From the human T2T-CHM13v2.0 reference genome, Homo sapiens: a stretch of DNA of 64,000 nt. Below are positions 27,201 through 39,400 of this stretch, one piece after another. Where the stretch lies: NCBI RefSeq assembly GCF_009914755.1, contig NC_060946.1. One strand, given 5' to 3'. How positions within the stretch are numbered: the stretch's first letter is position 1; each line of letters begins with the position of its first letter. The notes under the pieces are model-generated. The model saw only the letters and a list, made by a program, of their open reading frames with translations, did no database searches and had not been told where the DNA came from. A program made the position numbers and the translations under genes.

Positions 27201-29426
27201 TCTGTCTAGTGGTTATGGGAAGATATTTGCTTTTTCACCGTAGGCCTCAGAGCGCTCCAAATATGCACTTGCACATACTACAAAAAGAGTGCTTAAAAGC
27301 TGCTCTCTGAAACGGAATGTTCAACTCTATGAGTTGAATGCCAACATCACAAAGACGTTTCTGAGAATGCTTCTGTCTAGATTTGATATGAAGATATTCC
27401 CGTTTCCAACGTAATCTTCAAATCTATCCAAATGTCCCCTTGCAGATTCAACAAAGTGTTTTTCAAAACTGCTGTACCAAAGAAAGATCCACCTCTGTTA
27501 GCTGAGTTCACACTTCACAAACAAGTTTATCAGAATGCTTCTGTCTAGTTTTTATTTGAAGATATATCCTTTCTCACTATAGACCTGAAAGCTCTCATAA
27601 AGTTCACTTCCAGATACTACAGAAAGAGTGTTTCAAAACTGCTGTACGAAAGGGAATGTTCAACTCTGTGACTTGAATGCACACATCACAAGGATGTTTC
27701 TGAGGATGCTGCTGTCTACTTTTTATACGTAATCCCGTTTCCAACGAAATCCTCCAAGCTATCCAAATATCCACTTGCAGATTCCACAGAAAGACTGTTT
27801 CAAAACTGCTCTGTCAATAGAAAGGTTCAACTCTGTTAGCTGCGTGCATATATCCCAAAGAAGATTCTGAGATTGCTTCTGTCTAGTTTTTATGGGAAGA
27901 TATTTCCCTTTTCACCGTAGGTGTCAAGGCGCTCCAAATGTCCACTTCCAGATACTACAAAAAGAGTGTTTCAAACCTACTCTGTGAAAGGGAATATTCA
28001 ACTCTGTGACTTGAATGCAGATATCACAAAGAAGTTTCTGAGAATGCTTCTGTCGAGATTTTATATGAAGATATTCCCGTTTCCAACGAAATCCTGAAAT
28101 CTATCCAAATATCCCCTCGCAGATTCTACAAAAAGAGTGTTTCAAAACTGCTCTGTAAAAGGAAAGGTTCAACTCTGTTAGTTGAGTACACACATCACAA
28201 ACAAGTTTCACAGAATGCTTCTTTCTAGCTGCTAGGGGAAGATATTCCCTTTATCACCATGGGCCTCAAACCGTCCGAAACGTCCACTTCCATATACTAC
28301 AAAAAGAGCGTTTCAAACCTGCTCTAGGAAAGGCAATGTTCAACTCTGTGACTTGAATGCAGACATCACAGAGCAGTTTCTGAGAATGCTTCTGTCTAGA
28401 TTTCATAGGAAGATATTCCCGTTTCCAACGAAATCTTCACAGCTATCCAAATATCCACTTGCAGATTCTACAAAAAGAGTGTATCAAAACTGCTCTGTCA
28501 AAAGGAAGGTTCTTCTCTGTTAGTTGAGTGCATACGTCACAAAGGAGATTCTGAGAATGTTTCTGTCTAGTGGTTATGGGAAGATATTTGCTTTCTCACC
28601 GTAGGCCTCAGAGCGCTCCAAATATCCACTTGCACATACTACAAAAAGAGTGCTTCAATGCTGCTCTCTGAAACGGAATGTTCAACTCTATGAGTTGAAT
28701 GCAAACATCACAAAGACGTTTCTGAGAATGCTTCTGTCTAGATTTGATATGAAGATATTCCCGTTTCCAACGAAATCTTCAAATCTATCCAAATGTCCAC
28801 TTGCAGATTCAACAAAAAGTGTTTTTCAGAACTGCTCTATCAAAAGAAAGATCCACGTGTGTTAGCTGAGTTCACACATCACAAACAAGTTTATGAGAAT
28901 GCTTCTGTCTAGTTTTTATTTGAAGATATTTCCTTTCTCACCATAGACCTGAAAGCTGTCCTAATGTTCACTTCCAGATACTACAGAAAGAGTGTTTCAA
29001 AACTGCTGTACGAAAGGGAATGTTCAACTCTGTGACTTGAATGCACACATCACAAAGAAGTTTCTGAGGATGCTGCTGTCTACTTTTTATACGTAATCCC
29101 GTTTCCAACGAAATCCTCCAATCTATCCAAATATCCACTTGCAGATTCCACAGAAAGACTGTTTCAAAACTGCTCTGTCAATAGAAAGGTTCAACTCTGT
29201 TAGCTGCGTGCATATATCCCAAAGAAGATTCTGAGATTGCTTCTGTCTAGTTTTTATGGGAAGATATTTCCCTTTTCACCGTAGGTGTCAAGGCGCTCCA
29301 AATGTCCACTTCCAGATACTACAAAAAGAGTGTTTCAAACCTACTCTGTGAAAGGGAATATTCAACTCTGTGACTTGAATGCAGATATCACAAAGAACTT
29401 TCTGAGAATGCTTCTGTCGAGATTTT

Positions 29427-30480
29427 GTACGAAGTTTTTCCCGTTTCCAACGAAATCCTGAAATCTATCCAAATATCCCCTCGCAGATTCTACAAAAAGA
29501 GTGTTTCAAAACTGCTCTGTAAAAAGAAAGGTTCAACTCTGTTAGTTGAGTACACACATCACAAACAAGTTTCACAGAATGCTTCTTTCTAGCTTGTAGG
29601 GGAAGATATTCCCTTTATCACCATGGGCCTCAAACCGTCCGAAACGTCCACTTCCATATACTAAAAAAACAGTGTTTGAAACCTGCTCTATGAAAGGCAA
29701 TGTTCAACTCTGTGACTTGAATGCAGACATCACAGAGCAGTTTCTGAGAATGCTTCTGTCCAGACTTTATAGGAAGATATTCCCGTTTCCAACGAAATCT
29801 TCACAGCTATCCAAATATCCACCTGCAGATAGTAAAAAAAGAGTGTATCAGAAATGCTCTGTCAAAAGGAAAGTTCTTCTCTGCTAGTTGAGTTCATACG
29901 TCATAAAGAACTTTCTGAGAATGTTCCTGTCTAGTGGTTATGGGAAGATATTTGCTTTTTCCCCGTAGGCCTCAAAGTGCTCCAAATGTCCACTTGCACA
30001 TACTACAAAAAGAGTGCTTCAAAGCTCCTCTCTGAAAGAGAATGTTCAACTCTATGAGTTGAATGCAAACATCACAAAGACGTTTCTGAGAATGCTTCTG
30101 TCTAGATTTGATATGAAGATATTCCCGTTTCCAACGAAATTTTCAAATCTATACAAATGTCCACTTGCAGATTCAACAAAGTGTTTTTCAAAACTGCTGT
30201 ATCAAAAGAAAGATCCACCTCTGTTAGCTGAGTTCACACTTCACAAACAAGTTTATCAGACTGCTTCTGTCTAGTTTTTATTTGAAGATATATCCTTTCT
30301 CACTATAGACCTGAAAGCTCTCCTAAAGTTCACTTCCAGATACTACAGAAAGAGTTTTTCAAAACTGCTGTACGAAAGGGAATGTTCAACTCTGTGACTT
30401 GAAAGCACACATCACAAGGAAGATTCTGAGGATGCTGCTGTCTACTTTTTATACGTAATCCCGTTTCCAACGAAATCCCC
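29427..30480. repeat. Divergent HOR haplotype tract 'Z' (first full copy)
   Basis: Linked markers include gattttgtacg, ctaaaaaaacagtgtttg, gtccagactt, gatagta, cagaaatgc, agaactttc, gttcctg, ccccgtaggcctcaaag, ctcctctctgaaagag, aaattttc and aatcccc. Copies start at 41680 and 53940, with related versions at ~58210 and ~60935. Confidence 0.88.
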
Positions 30481-33400
30481 CAAGCTATCCAAATATCCAC
30501 TTGCAGATTCTACAGAAAGACTGTTTCAAAACTGCTCTGTCAATAGAAAGGTTCAACTCTGTTAGCTGCGTGCATATATCCCAAAGAAGATTCCGAGATT
30601 GCTTCTGTCTAGTTTTTATGGGAAGATATTTCCCTTTTCACCGTAGGTGTCAAGGCGCTCCAAATGTCCACTTCCAGATACTACAAAAAGAGTGTTTCAA
30701 ACCTACTCTCTGAAAGGGAATATTCAACTCTGTGCCTTGAATGCAGATATCACAATGAAGTTTCTGAGAATGCTTCTGTCGAGATTTTATATGAAGATAT
30801 TCCCGTTTCCAACGAAATCCTGAAATCTATCCAAATATCCCCTCGCAGATTCTACAAAAAGAGTGTTTCAAAACTGCTCTGTAAAAAGAAAGGTTCAACC
30901 CTGTTAGTTGAGTACACACATCACAAACAAGTTTCACAGAATGCTTCTTTCTAGCTTGTAGGGGAAGATATTCCCTTTATCACCATGGGCCTCAAACCGT
31001 CCGAAACGTTTACTTCCATATACTACAAAAAGAGCGTTTCAAACCTGCTCTATGAAAGGCAATGTTCAACTCTGTGACTTGAATGCAGACATCACAGAGC
31101 AGTTTCTGAGAATGCTTCTGTCTAGATTTTATAGGAAGATATTTCCGTTTCCAACGAAACCTTCACAGCTATCCAAATATCCACTTGCAGATTCTACAAA
31201 AAGAGTGTATCAAAACTGCTCTGTCAAAAGGAAGGTTCTTCTCTGTTAGTTGAGTACATACGTCATAAAGGAGTTTCTGAGAATGTTTCTGTCTAGTGGT
31301 TACGGGAAGATATTTGCTTTTGCACCTTAGGCCTCAGAGCGCTCCAAATATCCACTTGCACATACTACAAAAAGAGTGCTTCAAAGCTGCTCTCTGAAAC
31401 GGAATGTTCAACTCTATGAGTTGAATGCAAACATCACAAAGACGTTTCTGAGAATGCTTCTGTCTAGATTTGATATGAAGATATTCCCGTTTCCAACGAA
31501 ATCTTCAAATCTATCCAAATGTCCACTTGCAGATTCAACAAAAAGTGTTTTTCAGAACTGCTCTATCAAAAGAAAGATCCACCTCTGTTAGCTGAGTTCA
31601 CACATCACAAACAAGTTTTTGAGAATGCTTCTGTCTAGTTTTTATTTGAAGATATTTCCTTTCTCACCATAGACCTGAAAGCTGTCCTATATGTTCACTT
31701 CCAGATACTACAGAAAGAGTGTTTCAAAACTGCTGTACGAAAGGGAATGTTCAACACTGTGACTTGAATGCACACATCACAAAGAAGTTTCTGAGGATGC
31801 TGCTGTCTAGTTTTTATACGTAATCCCGTTTCCAACGAAATCCTCCAAGCTATGCAAATATCCACTTGCAGATTCCACAGAAAGAGTGTTTCAAAACTGC
31901 TCTGTCAATAGAAAGGTTCAACTCTGTTAGCTGCGTGCATATATCCCAAAGAAGATTCTGAGATTGCTTCTGTCTAGTTTTTATGGGAAGATATTTCCCT
32001 TTTCACCGTAGGTGTCAAGGCGCTCCAAATGTCCACTTACAGATACTACAAAAAGAGTGTTTCAAACCTATTCTGTGAAAGGGAATATTCAACTCTGTGA
32101 CTTCAATGCAGATATCACAATGAAGTTTCTGAGAATGCTTCTGTCGCGATTTTATATGAAGATATTCCCGTTTCCAACAAAATCCTGAAATCTATCCAAA
32201 TATCTCCTCGCAGATTCTACAAAAAGAGTGTTTCAAAACTGCTCTGTAAAAAGAAAGGTTCAACTCTGTCAGTTGAGTACACACATCACAAACAAGTTTC
32301 ACAGAATGCTTCTTTCTAGCTTGTAGGGGAAGATATTCCCTTTATCACCATGGGCCTCAGACCGTCCGAAACGTCCACTTCCATATACTACAAAAAGAGC
32401 GTTTCAAACCTGCTCTATGAAAGGCAATATTCAACTCTGTGACTTGAATGCAGACATCACAGAGCAGTTTCTGAGAATGCTTCTGTCTAGATTTTATAGG
32501 AAGATATTCCCGTTTCCAACGAAATCTTCACAGCTATCCAAATATCCACTTGCAGATTCTACAAAAAGAGTGTATCAAAACTGCTTTGTCAAAAGGAAGG
32601 TTCTTCTCTGTTAGATGAGTACATACGTCATAAAGGAGTTTCTGAGAATGTTTCTGTCTAGTGGTTATGGGAAGATATTTGCTTTTTCACCTTAGGCCTC
32701 AGAGCGCTCCAAATATCCACTTGCACATACTACAAAAAGAGTGCTTCAAAGCTGCTCTCTGAAACGGAATGTTCAACTCTATGAGTTGAATGCAAACATC
32801 ACAAAGACGTTTCTGAGAATGCTTCTGTCTAGATTTGATATGAAGATATTCCCGTTTCCAACGAAATCTTCAAATCTATCCAAATGTCCACTTGCAGATT
32901 CAACAAAAAGTGTTTTTCAGAACTGCTCTATCAAAAGAAAGATCCACCTCTGTTAGCTGAGTTCACACATCACAAACAAGTTTATGAGAATGCTTCTGTC
33001 TAGTTTTTATTTGAAGATATTTCCTTTCTCACCATAGACCTGAAAGCTGTCCTAATGTTCACTTCCAGATACTACAGAAAGAGCGTTTCAAAACTGCTGT
33101 ACGAAAGGGAATGTTCAACTCTGTGACTTGAATGCACACATCACAAAGAAGTTTCTGAGGATGCTGCTGTCTACTTTTTATACGTAATCCCGTTTCCAAC
33201 GAAATCCTCCAATCTATCCAAATATCCACTTGCAGATTCCACAGAAAGACTGTTTCAAAACTGCTCTGTCAATAGAAAGGTTCAATTCTGTTAGCTGTGT
33301 GCATATATCCCAAAGAAGATTCTGAGATTGCTTCTGTCTAGTTTTTATGGGAAGATATTTCCCTTTTCACCGTAGGTGTCAAGGCGCTCCAAATGTCCAC

Positions 33401-36400
33401 TTCCAGATACTACAAAAAGAGTGTTTCAAACCTACTCTCTGAAAGGGAATATTCAACTCTGTGACTTGAATGCAGATATCACAATGAAGTTTCTGAGAAT
33501 GCTTCTGTCGAGATTTTATATGAAGATATTCCCGTTTCCAACGAAATCCTGAAATCTATCCAAATATCCCCTCGCAGATTCTACAAAAAGAGTGTTTCAA
33601 AACTGCTCTGTAAAAAGAAAGGTTCAACTCTGTTAGTTGAGTACACACATCACAAACAAGTTTCACAGAATGCTTCTTTCTAGCTTGTAGGGGAAGATAT
33701 TCCCTTTAACACCATGGGCCTCAAACCGTCCGAAACGTCCACTTCCATATACTACAAAAAGAGCGTTTCAAACCTGCTCTATGAAAGGCAATGTTCAACT
33801 CTGTGACTTGAATGCAGACATCACAGAGCAGTTTCTGAGAATGCTTCTGTCTAGATTTTATAGGAAGATATTCCCGTTTCCAACGAAATCTTCACAGCTA
33901 TCCAAATATCCACTTGCAGATTCTACAAAAAGAGTGTATCAAAACAGCTCTGTCAAAAGGAAGGTTCTTCTCTGTTAGGTGAGTGCATACGTCATAAAGG
34001 AGTTTCTGAGAATGTTTCTGTCTAGTGGTTATGGGAAGATATTTGCTTTTTCACCGTAGGCCTCAGAGCGCTCCAAATATCCACTTGCACATACTACAAA
34101 AAGAGTGCTTCAAAGCTGCTCTCTGAAAGGGAATGTTCAACTCTATGAGTTGAATGCAAACATCACAAAGACGTTTCTGAGAATGCTTCTGTCTAGATTT
34201 GATATGAAGATATTCCCGTTTCCAACGAAATCTTCAAATCTATCCAAATGTCCACTTGCAGATTCAACAAAAAGTGTTTTTCAAAACTGCTGTATCAAAA
34301 GAAAGATCCACCTCTGTTAGCTGAGTTCACACATCACAAACAAGTTTATGAGAATGCTTCTGTCTAGTTTTTATTTGAAGATATTTCCTTTCGCACCATA
34401 GACCTGAAAGCTGTCCTAATGTTCACTTCCAGATACGACAGAAAGAGTGTTTCAAAACTGCTGTACGAAAGGGAATGTTCAACTCTGTGACTTGAATGCA
34501 CACATCACAAAGAAGTTTCTGAGGATGCTGCTGTCTACTTTTTATACGTAATCCCGTTTCCAACGAAATCCTCCAAGCTATCCAAATATCCACTTGCAGA
34601 TTCCACAGAAAGACTGTTTCAAAACTGCTCTGTCAATAGAAAGGTGCAACTCTGTTAGCTGCGTGCATATATCCCAAAACAGATTCTGAGATTGCTTCTG
34701 TCTAGTTTTTAAGGGAAGATATTTCCCTTTTCACCGTAGGTGTCAAGGCGCTCCAAATGTCCACTTCCAGATACTACAAAAAGAGTGTTTCAAACCTACT
34801 CTGTGAAAGGGAATATTCAACTCTGTGACTTGAATGCACATATCATAAAGAAGTTTCTGGGAATGCTTCTGTCGAGATTTTATAGGAAGATATTCCCGTT
34901 TCCAACGAAATCATGAATTCTATCCAAATAACCCCTCGCAGATTCTACAAAAAGAGTGTTTCAAAACTGCTCTGTAAAAAGAAAGGTTCAACTCTGTTAG
35001 TTGAGTACACACATCACAAACAGGTTTCACAGAATGCTTCTCTCTAGCTTGTAGGGGAAGATATTTCCTATATCACCATGGGCCTCAAACTGTCCGAATC
35101 GTCCCCTTCCATATACTAAAAAAAGAGTGTTTGAAACCTCCTCTATGAAAGGCAATGTTCTACTCTGTGACTTGAATGCAGACATCACAGGGCAGTTTCT
35201 GAGAGTTTTATAGGAAGATATTCCCGTTTCCAACGAAATCTTCACAGCTATCCAAATATCCACTTGCAGATACTAAAAAAGAGTGTATCAAAAATGCGCT
35301 GTCAAAAGGAAAGTTCTTCTCTGCTAGTTGAGTACATTCGTCATAAAGATATTTCTGAGAATGTTTCTGTCTAGTGGTTATGGGAAGATATTTGCTTTTT
35401 CACCGTAGGCCTCAGAGCGCTCCAAATATGCACTTGCACATACTACAAAAAGAGTGCTTCAAAGCTGCTCTCTGAATCGGAATGTTCAACTCTATGAGTT
35501 GAATGCCAACATCACAAAGACGTTTCTGAGAATGCTTCTGTCTAGATTTGATATGAAGATATTCCCGTTTCCAACGTAATCTTCAAATCTATCCAAATGT
35601 CCCCTTGCAGATTCAACAAAGTGTTTTTCAAAACTGCTGTACCAAAGAAAGATCCCCCTCTGTTAGCTGAGTTCACACTTCACAAACAAGTTTATCAGAA
35701 TGCTTCTGTCTAGTTTTTATTTGAAGATATATCCTTTCTCACTATAGACCTGAAAGCTCTCATAAAGTTCACTTCCAGATACTACAGAAAGAGTGTTTCA
35801 AAACTGCTGTACGAAAGGGAATGTTCAACTCTGTGACTTGAATGCACACATCACAAGGATGTTTCTGAGGATGCTGCTGTCTACTTTTTATACGTAATCC
35901 CGTTTCCAACGAAATCCTCCAAGCTATCCAAATATCCACTTGCAGATTCCACAGAAAGACTGTTTCAAAACTGCTCTGTCAATAGAAAGGTTCAACTCTG
36001 TTAGCTGCGTGCATATATCCCAAAGAAGATTCTGAGATTGCTTCTGTCTAGTTTTTATGGGAAGATATTTCCCTTTTCACCGTAGGTGTCAAGGCGCTCC
36101 AAATGTCCACTTCCAGATACTACAAAAAGAGTGTTTCAAACCTACTCTGTGAAAGGGAATATTCAACTCTGTGACTTGAATGCAGATATCACAAAGAAGT
36201 TTCTGAGAATGCTTCTGTCGAGATTTTATATGAAGATATTCCCGTTTCCAACGAAATCCTGAAATCTATCCAAATATCCCCTCGCAGATTCTACAAAAAG
36301 AGTGTTTCAAAACTGCTCTGTAAAAGGAAAGGTTCAACTCTGTTAGTTGAGTACACACATCACAAACAAGTTTCACAGAATGCTTCTTTCTAGCTTGTAG

Positions 36401-39400
36401 GGGAAGATATTCCCTTTATCACCATGGGCCTCAAACCGTCCGAAACGTCCACTTCCATATACTACAAAAAGAGCGTTTCAAACCTGCTCTAGGAAAGGCA
36501 ATGTTCAACTCTGTGACTTGAATGCAGACATCACAGAGCAGTTTCTGAGAATGCTTCTGTCTAGATTTCATAGGAAGATATTCCCGTTTCCAACGAAATC
36601 TTCACAGCTATCCAAATATCCACTTGCAGATTCTACAAAAAGAGTGTATCAAAACTGCTCTGTCAAAAGGAAGGTTCTTCTCTGTTACTTGAGTGCATAC
36701 GTCACAAAGGAGTTTCTGAGAATGTTTCTGTCTAGTGGTTATGGGAAGATATTTGCTTTCTCACTGTAGGCCTCAGAGCGCTCCAAATATCCACTTGCAC
36801 ATACTACAAAAAGAGTGCTTCAATGCTGCTCTCTGAAACGGAATGTTCAACTCTATGAGTTGAATGCAAACATCACAAAGACGTTTCTGAGAATGCTTCT
36901 GTCTAGATTTGATATGAAGATATTCCCGTTTCCAACGAAATCTTCAAATCTATCCAAATGTCCACTTGCAGATTCAACAAAAAGTGTTTTTCAGAACTGC
37001 TCTATCAAAAGAAAGATCCACGTGTGTTAGCTGAGTTCACACATCACAAACAAGTTTATGAGAATGCTTCTGTCTAGTTTTTATTTGAAGATATTTCCTT
37101 TCTCACCATAGACCTGAAAGCTGTCCTAATGTTCACTTCCAGATACTACAGAAAGAGTGTTTCAAAACTGCTGTACGAAAGGGAATGTTCAACTCTGTGA
37201 CTTGAATGCACACATCACAAAGAAGTTTCTGAGGATGCTGCTGTCTACTTTTTATACGTAATCCCGTTTCCAACGAAATCCTCCGAGCTATGCAAATATC
37301 CACTTGCAGATTCCACAGAAAGACTGTTTCAAAACTGCTCTGTCAATAGAAAGGTTCAACTCTGTTAGCTGCGTGCATATATCCCAAAGAAGATTCTGAG
37401 ATTGCTTCTGTCTAGTTTTTATGGGAAGATATTTCCCTTTTCACCGTAGGTGTCAAGGCGCTCCAAATGTCCACTTACAGATACTACAAAAAGAGTGTTT
37501 CAAACCTACTCTGTGAAAGGGAATATTCAACTCTGTGACTTGAATGCAGATATCACAATGAAGTTTCTGAGAATGCTTCTGTCGCGATTTTATATGAAGA
37601 TATTCCCGTTTCCAACGAAATCCTGAAATCTATCCAAATATCTCCTCGCAGATTCTACAAAAAGGGTGTTTCAAAACTGCTCTGTAAAAAGAAAGGTTCA
37701 ACTCTGTTAGTTGAGTACACACATCACAAACAAGTATCACAGAATGCTTCTTTCTAGCTTGTAGGGGAAGATATTCCCTTTATCACCATGGGCCTCAGAC
37801 CGTCCGAAACTTCCACTTCCATATACTACAAAAAGAGCGTTTCAAACCTGCTCTAGGAAAGGCAATGTTCAACTCTGTGACTTGAATGCAGACATCACAG
37901 AGCAGTTTCTGAGAATGCTTCTGTCTAGATTTTATAGGAAGATATTCCCGTTTCCAACGAAATCTTCACAGCTATCCAAATATCCACTTGCAGATTCTAC
38001 AAAAAGAGTGTATCAAAACTGCTTTGTCAAAAGGAAGGTTCTTCTCTGTTAGATGAGTACATACGTCATAAAGGAGTTTCTGAGAATGTTTCTGTCTAGT
38101 GGTTATGGGAAGATATTTGCTTTTTCACCGTAGGCCTCAGAGCGCTCCAAATATCCACTTGCACATACTACAAAAAGAGTGCTTCAAAGCTGCTCTCTGA
38201 AACGGAATGTTCAACTCTATGAGTTGAATGCAAACATCACAAAGACGTTTCTGAGAATGCTTCTGTCTAGATTTGATATGAAGATATTCCCGTTTCCAAC
38301 GAAATCTTCAAATCTATCCAAATGTCCACTTGCAGATTCAACAAAAAGTGTTTTTCAGAACTGCTCTATCAAAAGAAAGATCCACCTCTGTTAGCTGAGT
38401 TCACACATCACAAACAAGTTTATGAGAATGCTTCTGTCTAGTTTTTATTTGAAGATATTTCCTTTCTCACCATAGACCTGAAAGCTGTCCTAATGTTCAC
38501 TTCCAGATACTACAGAAAGAGCTTTTCAAAACTGCTGTACGAAAGGGAATGTTCAACTCTGTGACTTGAATGCACACATCACAAAGAAGTTTCTGAGGAT
38601 GCTGCTGTCTACTTTTTATACGTAATCCCGTTTCCAACGAAATCCTCCAAGCTATCCAAATATCCACTTGCAGATTCCACAGAAAGACTGTTTCAAAACT
38701 GCTCTGTCAATAGAAAGGTTCAACTCTGTTAGCTGCGTGCATATATCCCAAAGAAGATTCTGAGATTGCTTCTGTCTAGTTTTTATGGGAAGATATTTCC
38801 CTTTTAACCGTAGGCGTCAAGGCGCTCCAAATGTCCACTTCCAGATACTACAAAAAGAGTGTTTCAAACCTACTCTGTGAAAGGGAATATTCAACTCTGT
38901 GACTTGAATGCACATATCACAAAGAAGTTTCTGAGAATGCTTCTGTCGAGATTTTATATGAAGATATTCCCGTTTCCAACGAAATCCTGAAATCTATCCA
39001 AATATCCCCTCGCAGATTCTACAAAAAGAGTGTTTCAAAACTGCTCTGTAAAAAGAAAGGTTCAACTCTGTTAGTTGAGTACACACATCACAAACAGGTT
39101 TCACAGAATGCTTCTCTCTAACTTGTAGGGGAAGATATTTCCTATATCACCATGGGCCTCAAACTGTCCGAATCGTCCCCTTCCATATACTAAAAAAAGA
39201 GTGTTTGAAACCTCCTCTATGAAAGGCAATGTTCTACTCTGTGACTTGAATGCAGACATCACAGGGCAGTTTCTGAGAATGCTTCTGTCCAGAGTTTATA
39301 GGAAGATATTCCCGTTTCCAACGAAATCTTCACAGCTATCCAAATATCCACTTGCAGATACTAAAAAAGAGTGTATCAAAAATGCGCTGTCAAAAGGAAA

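Noticed and set aside
35027-35263. Unique minus-strand 78-aa ORF
   Set aside because: It is a by-product of the 14-bp deletion at 35204, which shifts the frame.
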